NCBI GenBank assembly: GCA_905371275.1
Contig: CAJPLH010000001.1
Location: 1 to 41,010, forward strand
Length of the DNA: 41,010 nucleotides
Source: Prevotellaceae bacterium
GTDB lineage: Bacteria > Bacteroidota > Bacteroidia > Bacteroidales > Bacteroidaceae
Direction of reading: 5' to 3'
The notes under the pieces were generated by a model. It saw nothing but the letters and a program-made list of their open reading frames with translations. It was not told the DNA's origin and did no database searches. The translations under genes were made by a program, and so were the position numbers. Below are positions 10,225 through 19,010 of the stretch, in pieces. Every line of letters starts with the position of its first letter. Position 1 is the stretch's first letter.

Positions 10225-11106
10225 ATGGACAACACGTATTTTCCAGAATCGGAACTCATCATCAATCCTGATGGTTCGATTTTTCACCTTCATCTTCGCC
10301 CCGAACAACTGGCTAACAAAATTATTCTCGTAGGCGATCCTGGTCGCGTGGCTTTGGTGGCTTCTCACTTTGAAGAAAAAGAATGCGAGGTTGAGAGCCG
10401 AGAATTCAAAACCATTACTGGCACATACAAAGGAAAGCGCATCAGCGTCGTTTCCACGGGTATTGGCTGCGACAACATAGACATTGTGCTCAACGAACTT
10501 GATGCACTCGCCAACATCGACTTTAGCACCCGCCACACTAAACCTCAATTTCAACAATTAGAACTAGTGCGCATTGGCACTTGCGGCGGTTTGCAACCTC
10601 ACACGCCAGAAGGCACCTTCATTGCTTCGCAAAAAAGCCTTGGCTTCGATGGATTGCTCAACTTTTATGCAGGACGCGATGAAGCCTGCGACCTTGATTT
10701 TGAGCAAGCCTTTATGAACCATATGCAATGGAAAGGCAACCAATGCATTGCGCATCCCTATTGTGTTGATAACGATGCTAGCCTCATCGAGCGCATAGCC
10801 CAAACAGATATGGTGCGAGGCGTGACCATTGCTTGCGGTGGGTTCTTTGGTCCTCAAGGTCGCAGACTTCGTCTTCCTTTGGCCGATCCCAATGCCAACG
10901 ACAAGATAATGGATTTCCGTCACAATGACCTTTGCTTCACCAACTTTGAGATGGAAAGTAGTGCGCTTGCAGGGCTCTCCAAATTGATGGGTCACAAAGC
11001 TATGACTTGTTGTATGGTCATAGCCAACCGTGTGGCAGGCAAAGCCAATCCTAACTACAAAAATAGCATCGACACGCTCATTTCTTTGGTGCTGGAACGA
11101 ATTTAG
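10225..11106 (+). CDS. Nucleoside (uridine/purine) phosphorylase, PNP_UDP_1 family
   Basis: 'LVGDPGRV', 'STGIGCDNIDI', 'RIGTCGGLQ', 'GFFGPQGR', 'NFEMESSA'. Confidence 0.93.
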   Translation: MDNTYFPESELIINPDGSIFHLHLRPEQLANKIILVGDPGRVALVASHFEEKECEVESREFKTITGTYKGKRISVVSTGIGCDNIDIVLNELDALANIDFSTRHTKPQFQQLELVRIGTCGGLQPHTPEGTFIASQKSLGFDGLLNFYAGRDEACDLDFEQAFMNHMQWKGNQCIAHPYCVDNDASLIERIAQTDMVRGVTIACGGFFGPQGRRLRLPLADPNANDKIMDFRHNDLCFTNFEMESSALAGLSKLMGHKAMTCCMVIANRVAGKANPNYKNSIDTLISLVLERI

Positions 11107-11211
11107 CACTCAATTTTTTGATTCACAGTTGAATTCTACCAGAAAAACTCTGCAATAAGGCCGTTTTCTCGTCATTTTTCTGCCTTTTATGCTGTACAAC
11201 ATAAAAAATAA

Positions 11212-11243
11212 TTTGGAAATCTACTTCAAAAGGCCGAACTTTG
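11212..11243 (+). promoter_or_regulatory. Bacteroidetes-type primary sigma promoter with no downstream CDS
   Basis: TTTG (11212-15), 20-nt spacer, GAACTTTG (11236-43; one mismatch to TAnnTTTG). Confidence 0.6.
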
Positions 11244-11246
11244 CAA

Positions 11247-11337
11247 TCGTTATCCGTACGCTTCTCTCCTTTTGAGAGAACCATTCTAACAGTTTGTTAG
11301 AATTTAATACGGCGCGCTAGTGGGCGCGTCGTTTTTT
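11247..11337 (+). ncRNA. Candidate small structured RNA (~90 nt)
   Basis: Promoter upstream; hairpins TTCTCTC/GAGAGAA and ATTCTAAC/GTTAGAAT enclosed by CCGTA/TACGG; GC-rich terminator with T6. Confidence 0.6.
11309..11337 (+). terminator. Intrinsic terminator of the candidate sRNA
   Basis: ACGGCGCGC-TAGTGG-GCGCGTCGT followed by a T-run. Confidence 0.8.
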
Positions 11338-11414
11338 GTACCTCAGACTCTCATTGCTCCCGAATGAAAGCCACAAAAGTGGTCCTCCTATTTGGGGGAT
11401 ACTACCGAAAAGGT

Positions 11415-11454
11415 CGAGACCGTGTCAAATGAGTTATTGACACGGTCTCGTTTT
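11415..11454. terminator. Perfect 14-bp hairpin, probably a bidirectional terminator between convergent units
   Basis: CGAGACCGTGTCAA-N8-TTGACACGGTCTCG, TTTT downstream and AAAA just upstream. Confidence 0.7.
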
Positions 11455-11485
11455 ATACGCGATTGGAGTTTACCCAATAAGAACA

Positions 11486-11524
11486 ATCCCAAATCTGTGC
11501 AGGATCTAATGACCGATTTGGGAT
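11486..11524. repeat. 39-bp mini copy of the MITE-like family
   Basis: ATCCCAAATC..GATTTGGGAT ends; 33/39 identical to 39546-39584; right half matches 38237-38261. Confidence 0.8.
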
Positions 11525-11559
11525 AAGAGTAAGGTGGTACTTGCTTTTTTCTCTATGCA

Positions 11560-12375
11560 TTACAACTCGCGGCGGAGTTGCAACAATGCTGCACCTGGGT
11601 CAGACTGAGACATCAAATAATTGCCCAATAAAACTCCGTGATAACCCGCTGCCTTCAATAGACGTACGTCTTCTGCAGAACGGACCCCACCCTCTGCCAA
11701 TAAAACTTTGTCTTTGGGAAGTTGTTCAATCAAAGAAATTGCAGTTTGTATATCTGCTGTAAAGGTAGCAAAGTCGTAGTTCACCACAGCAACAATGTCT
11801 GCATCTGTTTGCGCATACGACAATTGGTTTGCGTTATGAATGGCAACCACAACTTCTAAACCAATGCTGTGAGCATAGGTGAGAAGTTGAGCATACTCTT
11901 CGGGAGAAAGGAAATCAGCATCTAGTTGGACGGCTGAAGCTCCAAAAAGTCGCGCTTCTAATAACTGGCGTTCGCTGATGATAACATCGTTGCGGAGCAC
12001 AGGGATTGTAAAACCATTTCCTTCGATTGTGCCATACGCAGTGCGAAGAAATGCGAGTTTGCTATCGAAAAAAGCTTCATTCGTTTGCATAGAAACGGCT
12101 GCAGCGCCTGATCCTGCAAAAGAAGGGCAAAGCACTTGTGGCACTGCCTCAGCATTGAGTACACCCACATTGGGACTTTTGCGTTTAAACTCAGCAACCA
12201 AACCATAGGCGTCTGTTTCGAGAGCCTCTTTCAAAGACGAAGGATTGGCTAGATGCCCCTCTTCTTTCATTGTTTCATAGCGTTCAAGAATTGTTTGAGT
12301 GGTCAATGTGGTTTCGCGTTCGGACAACTCTTGACGCTTTTGTTCTAGCATTTGTTCCTTGTAAGTCATAGTCAT
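11560..12375 (-). CDS. Indole-3-glycerol-phosphate synthase (TrpC)-like TIM barrel with degenerate active site
   Basis: 'LVAEFKRKSP' and overall IGPS layout are present, but LRKDF->LRNDV, LLEIH->VVAIH and GINNR->AVVNY. Confidence 0.85.
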   Translation of the reverse strand: MTMTYKEQMLEQKRQELSERETTLTTQTILERYETMKEEGHLANPSSLKEALETDAYGLVAEFKRKSPNVGVLNAEAVPQVLCPSFAGSGAAAVSMQTNEAFFDSKLAFLRTAYGTIEGNGFTIPVLRNDVIISERQLLEARLFGASAVQLDADFLSPEEYAQLLTYAHSIGLEVVVAIHNANQLSYAQTDADIVAVVNYDFATFTADIQTAISLIEQLPKDKVLLAEGGVRSAEDVRLLKAAGYHGVLLGNYLMSQSDPGAALLQLRREL

Positions 12376-12395
12376 ATAGTATTAATGTTGTTGTT

Positions 12396-12875
12396 TTAGT
12401 CTTTCTCAATCAAAGCAACACAATAAGCAGCAATCCCCTCTTCGCGTCCAACAAATCCCATTCGTTCACTTGTTGTAGCCTTAATGGAAATAGCATCTTC
12501 ATCCACTTGCATCAAAGGAGCAAGGCATTGTCGCATCGCCTCTACGTGTGGATTGATTTTCGGACGCTCAGCACAAATCGTGCAATCGACATTTCCCACG
12601 CGATATCCCTTGGTGGCGATGAGTTCGATGGTACGTTGAAGCAGCACCTTACTATCTGCGCCTTTGTATTTGGGGTCTGTGTCGGGAAAGTGAAAACCAA
12701 TGTCGCGCATATTGGCTGCACCTAAGATAGCATCACAAATGGCGTGAATCAACACATCGGCATCACTATGTCCTAGAAGGCCGAGATGATGTTCTATCTT
12801 CACACCTCCCATCCAAAAATCTCGATTCTCAGCTAGACGATGTACGTCATAGCCATATCCAACTCTTATTTTCAT
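12396..12875 (-). CDS. ispF: 2-C-methyl-D-erythritol 2,4-cyclodiphosphate synthase
   Basis: 'GYGYDVHRL', 'GHSDADVLIHAICDA', 'KATTSERMGFVGREEG'. Confidence 0.98.
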   Translation of the reverse strand: MKIRVGYGYDVHRLAENRDFWMGGVKIEHHLGLLGHSDADVLIHAICDAILGAANMRDIGFHFPDTDPKYKGADSKVLLQRTIELIATKGYRVGNVDCTICAERPKINPHVEAMRQCLAPLMQVDEDAISIKATTSERMGFVGREEGIAAYCVALIEKD

Positions 12876-12985
12876 TGCTTATTTGAAAGTTTTGTTGTGG
12901 ATTCAGTGCTATACATTTTCGTTCGTCAATGAAGTCTCAATGGAACAGCCTGACACTTCCACTCTATAAATGTTTTTTCCTTAGT

Positions 12986-14155
12986 CTATCGACTGCGACG
13001 TCCAAAGATTTCGCGTAGTCCATCCATATCAAAGGATAGTGAGACACGCAAAGTTTGATCTAAGGGATTAGAAGGTGTAGTAGCCACCACATATCCAGCA
13101 TCAATATTGAGGACATTCATCTTAAAACCTGCACCAAATGTGAAGTACTTTCGATTGCCTTGTGCTGCGCTCTCGTGGTGATATCCTCCGCGAAGTGCAA
13201 ACTTATCATTGTACAAGTATTCAGCACCTATACTCCACTGCACTTCTTCGAGTTCGCCTCTGAAACCTTTTTCACTGTCGCTAAAACTTTTGAAGATACC
13301 AGAAATGGGGGAAAGGTCTCTATAATCAGATAATACACGCTCCATATATTCCTCGTTGCTTTCCCCATCTTTTTGAAGTGGCATTGATGGAACGAGCAAT
13401 TTGTTGGCCTCAGCAGAGATAGAAAACTTATTATATTCGTCTACAGGAATCAACAAATTGGCACCCAAGCGCATATTTGTAGGAATGAAATAGGAGTATT
13501 CGCTACCAAAATTGATTTTAGAACCGATGTTGCTGATATTCAAACCGATATTCAACGCGCACTCTCTACGCACGATGAAGATGTAATTGTTCCAATACAT
13601 CGCGACGTCAGCCGCAAAAGCAGAACCAGCAGTAATGTCGTCAGTGTAATGACCATTGAGATCTGAATACATATAGCGAAGAGCCACTGCGGCAGAAAAG
13701 TTCTCAGACAACAAACGAGAATAAGCAATATCCACAGCATACTCGTAAGGATGAACGACAATACCTAATTTAGGTACGGTTACTTCTCCCACAGTGAAAT
13801 ACTTGATAGACCCAGAAACGGCTTGATAATCTCCCAAACGAGCGTACCCCACTGCGTTGACCAAAGCAATACCTTCGGTGAGTTGTCTCAACCACGGTGT
13901 GTAGTTGAGCGCAAAACCTGCTCGAGACACGGTAAAAGGATATTTTGCTGGGTTCCAGTTTTGAGAATGCACATCGGCTTCTGTGGCAGCACCAAGGTCA
14001 CCCATAGCCGATCCGCGCGCATCTGCGGCAATGGTTTGAGAAATGACGGCAGTACGCACTGGATTAAATTTCTGTTGAGTCTCACTTTGTGCTTGCACGC
14101 CAAGAGAGAAAGCAACGAGTGAGAGAGGAAGGATTATTCTTTTCATTGAAAACAA
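12986..14155 (-). CDS. porV: T9SS outer-membrane shuttle protein PorV
   Basis: 'IAADARGSAMGDLGAAT', 'WNPAKY', 'YTPWL', 'GNRKYFTFGAG', 'SNPLDQTLRVSL'; lies between porU and ispF. Confidence 0.93.
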   Translation of the reverse strand: MFSMKRIILPLSLVAFSLGVQAQSETQQKFNPVRTAVISQTIAADARGSAMGDLGAATEADVHSQNWNPAKYPFTVSRAGFALNYTPWLRQLTEGIALVNAVGYARLGDYQAVSGSIKYFTVGEVTVPKLGIVVHPYEYAVDIAYSRLLSENFSAAVALRYMYSDLNGHYTDDITAGSAFAADVAMYWNNYIFIVRRECALNIGLNISNIGSKINFGSEYSYFIPTNMRLGANLLIPVDEYNKFSISAEANKLLVPSMPLQKDGESNEEYMERVLSDYRDLSPISGIFKSFSDSEKGFRGELEEVQWSIGAEYLYNDKFALRGGYHHESAAQGNRKYFTFGAGFKMNVLNIDAGYVVATTPSNPLDQTLRVSLSFDMDGLREIFGRRSR

Positions 14156-14261
14156 TGTGAGGATTCTGGGAGTGAAGGGAAGGAAAATTGGAACTCATCG
14201 CTCTTTATAAGCGAAGATTAGCTCAATTCGCCAAGAGAGGTAAAGACAAGCGGCAAAGCAC

Positions 14262-17200
14262 TTATTCCACTACAACGAGTTTATAGGAAACTGTAGATTT
14301 ACGACCATCCGCATATCGCACTTCTAAACGGCAGGGATATAGACCTGCTGTCAAGCGTGCGCCCGAATTGGTGCGCAACGACCACAATTGCGACCAACTG
14401 CCCTGCCCTGCTCCGAAGTTGTGATGGTGCTGATAGACAGCCGCGCCACTTGCATCAAAGATATCAAGGAAGAGTTCCCCCCCTTTTTCTGATGGAGGGA
14501 AGTTTGCTACAAGAGTTGTTGCCCCACGCGCAGGATTATCTGTTGTGGTTAATGTCGTTTCAGCAAGTCGCTGAGCAGAAGCGATAAAGCGTATCGTTGT
14601 GGTACTGGCATTATCATTGACATCCCATACACGAAGTTTCAGCGTATGCTGCCCAGGCGAGAGATTCGTAAGTGGGTAAACTATTTGTCCACGATTATAA
14701 CTCCCCAATGCAAAGTTAAAGTACTTGTTCATAGAAATGGGTGCTTCGTTATCTAGCGTCATTTCCATATCGTGACCTAAAGCTCCTTGGCTGGCATTGA
14801 TTCCTGCATCGTCTAATATATCAGCAATCAATGTTGCATTCTGCCCGGTGACGGCATAGTCTGCTTGTTCGATTTGGTTTAGATAAGCTACCACCTTGGG
14901 AGCTAAGGTGTCGGGAGCTGCCGTTTTTGCTGTACCATTGAGGAAAAATTGCTCATTAAATCCATTGCACTCAGTTTTCTTGTCGTCACTTACAGCGTAA
15001 AGACTCAAACGTGACAAATCATTAGTATAACTGATATTACGAGGTACAACAGCCGAGAAAGAGAATTTTCCTTTTTCTACTCGCGCATTGCCCTTAAACA
15101 CAACATTTCTGCGCTCGTTAAAGGTGAAAGGACTACGGTTGCGACTTGCTGCACTTCCATCATTGTCTTTGCAGACAACCTTTTCCATACGGTCATAAAT
15201 GGTAGCCGATAATAATCCAGAGAAGTTAGCATCTAATTCTCCCGTATTCTGTGCACTAGTTGTGACGTGACCACTAAACCGCGCCACACTTCCTACTTCT
15301 AGTTGCATTTTAGTGCCTTTCGTAACGGGTTTGCCATTAATACTATCAACAACGACACTACCAGTTGGGATGGAAAGTACCAAAGCAGGGTCTCCAAAAT
15401 AGACATACTTGAGTTTGTTGATTGAGTTATCAACCTCTCTATAGCTTTTCCCTGAAAAGGTCAACAAATCATTCTTTGCTTTCCGGAGAGCTTCCCCCAT
15501 TGCAATGCGCTTTCCACTATCGTCACGTCCTACCACATGATAGGCGAATCGACGATTGAGCGCATTATTCTGTGTGGCATACACAGCTCTAGCTGCGCAC
15601 ATGAAAGCTATTGCCCCACCATTGGGTTGATAAAGGAATTCTTCTGCGATATTTTCTTCCTTACTATCAAACGGATAGATTTCGCAAGAAGCTAGTACCC
15701 ACAAAGCTTGTCGATTGTTGTATGTTTTCTTGAAATCAACGAGTTGCAAAGGTGCTTCGTAAGAAATTCTATAAGGTGCTCCATGACCACTATAATTAAA
15801 TATAGCCGACCCTTCCTTTAGAGCTTGAAGTGCTTGTTGTCGCACCATCGGATATACCAATCCAATAGCACTATTCTCACGGCGATAACGATCCCAATAG
15901 ATTTTGTTCATATTGAGACGATTGTTTGAGCCCTTTTCATATTCCTTCGACACACGTTCTGCATCTTCCATATGCTCATTAGCATCACCATCATCACCAA
16001 GCACCACGACATTGTTTTTCCAATCGCCAGCATCTTCGTTCCGGAGATATCGTTCCACTTTATCTACCAGCACTTTGGCTTGTTCGTTGGTAATCGCGGT
16101 CATTCGTCCAGTGGCAACGTCGGGTTTCTCGTGCTCAATGGCTTCACCTTCACCGTCATCTAAAAGCGCAAAAAAGTCATCAGTAGTATAACTATTGACA
16201 GTTCCAATGCTATAACTAGAAGCATCAGCTTCATAAGCGAGCAAATAATCATCAGGATTTTCTCGCTTCCAATCCTCGGTAAGGAATCTATTGTCCCAAG
16301 AACTCTTACCTAGGAATAATAAATAGCGCGGTGCAGCATTACGATCATCTGCACGATCATAGAGCATCTTCAAGTAGCGACGATAGGCATTAGCATCGGG
16401 AGTGCCAGAAGAGAACTCATTATATAATTGATCGGCACGAACCACTTTTACCTTCAAACCACTATGTTGTCGGTGCAAAGCTGCAAGACGTTCGGCTTGT
16501 TGCGTTAGTTTTCCACTCGCAGGTATAATGATGACATAGTCGATATTGGCATCTGCGTGCAGATTTTGCGTTGCAATCTGCCCCACCAATTGAGGTTCGG
16601 GGAAACGCTCTGCACTATTGAAAGCCACATAACGACGCTTAGGAGTGTCAATGGTGAAAATTGCGCGTCCCTCTGCAAGTGATGCATGCGGAACTTCGGC
16701 TGTTGGACTTCCTTTTTGCCCAATGCGCCATAATCGTGTGGAAGGTGTCGCTGCTTGTATAGACAAACTAGTGGTTCCTTCGGTTAGAGGAGAAAAACTA
16801 TAAGGATTTGCTGCAACTTTCAACAGACGAGGATAGGAAATCCTCACATAATCCATTCGCGCGGTATTTCCTGCTGTGGTAGTTACTGCAAAAGTATTAT
16901 TACCTTCGCGGATGCTCTGACGGAAGGTTTTGGTATCTAACGAAGCACTTGATGTAAGCGAATTATAGGCTGAGGCTGAAAGTTTTCCTAAACTATTGCC
17001 ATTCAATTGTACATCTGCGGTAGTTGAAGAAGTGGTTGAAGAAGCTGCAAAAGAGACTTCCACAGGCAATAATCCAGCCTTCTCGGCTAAATCTGGAACT
17101 TTAACACTAAATGTCTTTTGATTCTGCGTGGCAAAATCGTGTCCTTCAAACATTCTGCGACCGCCATCAAACAAACCGGCCTCATCCTCATCCCAAATAG

Positions 17201-18176
17201 CAGCATACGGCACTTTCTCTACCGTATTAGAAACAGTTGATGTCACTGCAGACAAAGATTTCACGCGCAAAGGAGCATCACCTTCTGTGAGAAAATAATA
17301 GCTATAACGAGAATAGAAGTTATTTTCGTGCGACCATTTCTGCGTAGCTTTGTCGTAAGTGCGAAGTTGAGTACCTTCTGCCCAAAAGAGAATTTGATTG
17401 CCCTCGGACAAAGTCGGAACTTCTACGAGATCATCTGGTACTCTTCGAGATAACTCACTTTCACTTTCCGTATCAAACAGGAGGCGTTCGTCTTGCAACA
17501 AACCACCATAGCCAAAGACCTTCACACGAGAGGGCTGAGAAAAACCGGCTTTCCGCAAAAAGTCTACAGAAAGATTGTAGATACCCTCACGCTCTACACG
17601 AATTTTCACCCATCTACCTTGATTCAGCACAGAAGAACTTGCCCAACGCTGTGATGCTTTTTCTACGACTTCTGCATCGAAAGGCAAAACAGTTGATGTG
17701 TTCTGTTTATTCTCCTTACCTGTAAAAGTGGTACTCAGTGATTTTGCACTAAGCGGCAACATCCTTCTGTCGTGAAGATTTGACTGAGTATCGCCCAGCA
17801 CCTTTAGTTTGCAAGACGTGATGCGTAACCATTTCCCTTCTTTGAAGACAAAAGGCACGAAAGTGACCACAAGACGCTTTTTCTTCTGCTCCACCACGGT
17901 CGAGATATCCAACTTCGGTTGCGACACTTTCCCAATTTCTTGCTCAATCTTCTTGATCCATTTACGTTCTTCAGATGATACAGGAGCATATTCTGGATAA
18001 TAAAAACCTACGTCGTAATGCGCGCTCCCCTGCTCCACTGGCAATTCTTGCGTGAAGAGTGGCAAACTATCACTCACCACATAATCAGTTGTGGAGATAT
18101 GCACAAATTCGCGCTGCGCCACCATAGAAAGTGGAGCAAAAGTGAGGAAAGTCCATAAAAAGTGTGGATGTATCAT
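14262..18176 (-). CDS. porU: T9SS sortase PorU (gingipain-like C25 peptidase)
   Basis: 'SSVLNQGRWVKI', 'YNEFSSGTPD', His-Cys dyad in 'NYSGHG' and 'ASC', 'FGDPAL', 'GQHTLKLRVWDVNDN'; CTD-like C-terminus. Confidence 0.93.
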   Translation of the reverse strand: MIHPHFLWTFLTFAPLSMVAQREFVHISTTDYVVSDSLPLFTQELPVEQGSAHYDVGFYYPEYAPVSSEERKWIKKIEQEIGKVSQPKLDISTVVEQKKKRLVVTFVPFVFKEGKWLRITSCKLKVLGDTQSNLHDRRMLPLSAKSLSTTFTGKENKQNTSTVLPFDAEVVEKASQRWASSSVLNQGRWVKIRVEREGIYNLSVDFLRKAGFSQPSRVKVFGYGGLLQDERLLFDTESESELSRRVPDDLVEVPTLSEGNQILFWAEGTQLRTYDKATQKWSHENNFYSRYSYYFLTEGDAPLRVKSLSAVTSTVSNTVEKVPYAAIWDEDEAGLFDGGRRMFEGHDFATQNQKTFSVKVPDLAEKAGLLPVEVSFAASSTTSSTTADVQLNGNSLGKLSASAYNSLTSSASLDTKTFRQSIREGNNTFAVTTTAGNTARMDYVRISYPRLLKVAANPYSFSPLTEGTTSLSIQAATPSTRLWRIGQKGSPTAEVPHASLAEGRAIFTIDTPKRRYVAFNSAERFPEPQLVGQIATQNLHADANIDYVIIIPASGKLTQQAERLAALHRQHSGLKVKVVRADQLYNEFSSGTPDANAYRRYLKMLYDRADDRNAAPRYLLFLGKSSWDNRFLTEDWKRENPDDYLLAYEADASSYSIGTVNSYTTDDFFALLDDGEGEAIEHEKPDVATGRMTAITNEQAKVLVDKVERYLRNEDAGDWKNNVVVLGDDGDANEHMEDAERVSKEYEKGSNNRLNMNKIYWDRYRRENSAIGLVYPMVRQQALQALKEGSAIFNYSGHGAPYRISYEAPLQLVDFKKTYNNRQALWVLASCEIYPFDSKEENIAEEFLYQPNGGAIAFMCAARAVYATQNNALNRRFAYHVVGRDDSGKRIAMGEALRKAKNDLLTFSGKSYREVDNSINKLKYVYFGDPALVLSIPTGSVVVDSINGKPVTKGTKMQLEVGSVARFSGHVTTSAQNTGELDANFSGLLSATIYDRMEKVVCKDNDGSAASRNRSPFTFNERRNVVFKGNARVEKGKFSFSAVVPRNISYTNDLSRLSLYAVSDDKKTECNGFNEQFFLNGTAKTAAPDTLAPKVVAYLNQIEQADYAVTGQNATLIADILDDAGINASQGALGHDMEMTLDNEAPISMNKYFNFALGSYNRGQIVYPLTNLSPGQHTLKLRVWDVNDNASTTTIRFIASAQRLAETTLTTTDNPARGATTLVANFPPSEKGGELFLDIFDASGAAVYQHHHNFGAGQGSWSQLWSLRTNSGARLTAGLYPCRLEVRYADGRKSTVSYKLVVVE

Positions 18177-18235
18177 GCTTTAAATTATCTAAGAAGGATG
18201 GAAACGAGACTCAATCTAAACTTGTTTCAGCGGAT

Positions 18236-18853
18236 TTACTTAACATTGAAAGACAACACACAAGTATCTCCTAAAAACGTTTCGACTCTGTGATCGGGAG
18301 TTATGGAAATAGGAGCAGTAGGTGCGCCCATCAAAATAAGGTCTCCACGACGCAAGGTGAAATACTGACTAACCTCGGCTATTACGTCATCAACATGACG
18401 CAACCAATCAGCCGTACTTCCTGCCATTTGTTCAACTCCATCAACACGCAAACTAAATTGCTGTTGTGACACCGTAGAAGGGTCTATTTCTATGAAATCT
18501 CCTAATGGTGTTGCATTGTCGAAGCCCAAAGCTGCATCCCAAGGTAGTCCCAACTCTTGTGTTTTCTCCCACAATGTTGGTGCAATGAAATGAGGCATCA
18601 CTGTGACCGCATCGTAATAACGCGATGCAAAACGCGCTGATATATGACGTCCTAAACGACAAAGTCGCACTGCAAAATGCACTTCTAAATGAGCAGGGTT
18701 GGCATAATCAGGCAAAAACACAGGTTTACCATTGCGTTGCAAAGCCGTTTCGGGCAACGTGTAGTAAATAAAGTCCGAAGGAGCAGACGAAACAGCACCT
18801 TGCTCTGATAACGCAGAAAAGGAATAGTTATTGTGTAGAACGAGAATCGTCAT
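18236..18853 (-). CDS. Fumarylacetoacetate-hydrolase-family protein, degenerate active site
   Basis: 'GKPVFLPD', 'RLGRHISARFASRYYD', 'GFD', 'FTLRRGDLILMG'; sits directly upstream of porU. Confidence 0.82.
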   Translation of the reverse strand: MTILVLHNNYSFSALSEQGAVSSAPSDFIYYTLPETALQRNGKPVFLPDYANPAHLEVHFAVRLCRLGRHISARFASRYYDAVTVMPHFIAPTLWEKTQELGLPWDAALGFDNATPLGDFIEIDPSTVSQQQFSLRVDGVEQMAGSTADWLRHVDDVIAEVSQYFTLRRGDLILMGAPTAPISITPDHRVETFLGDTCVLSFNVK

Positions 18854-18942
18854 ATCGTAAAACTACATTGCGACTTGCGCAGTAGACAAATGGGAGGGCT
18901 AGAGAAAAACAAATGCTGCAAGCCTTAAAACAGAGACTTTGT

Positions 18943-18987
18943 AAAAAACTCTCTGGCGCGAGTATGCTAGCTCGCCGCCAGAGAGTT
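18943..18987 (-). terminator. Intrinsic terminator after asnS
   Basis: AACTCTCTGGCG/CGCCAGAGAGTT stem; A6 on + gives the U-tract on -. Confidence 0.8.
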
Positions 18988-19010
18988 GAAATGAGTAGAA
19001 GAAAGAAAGC

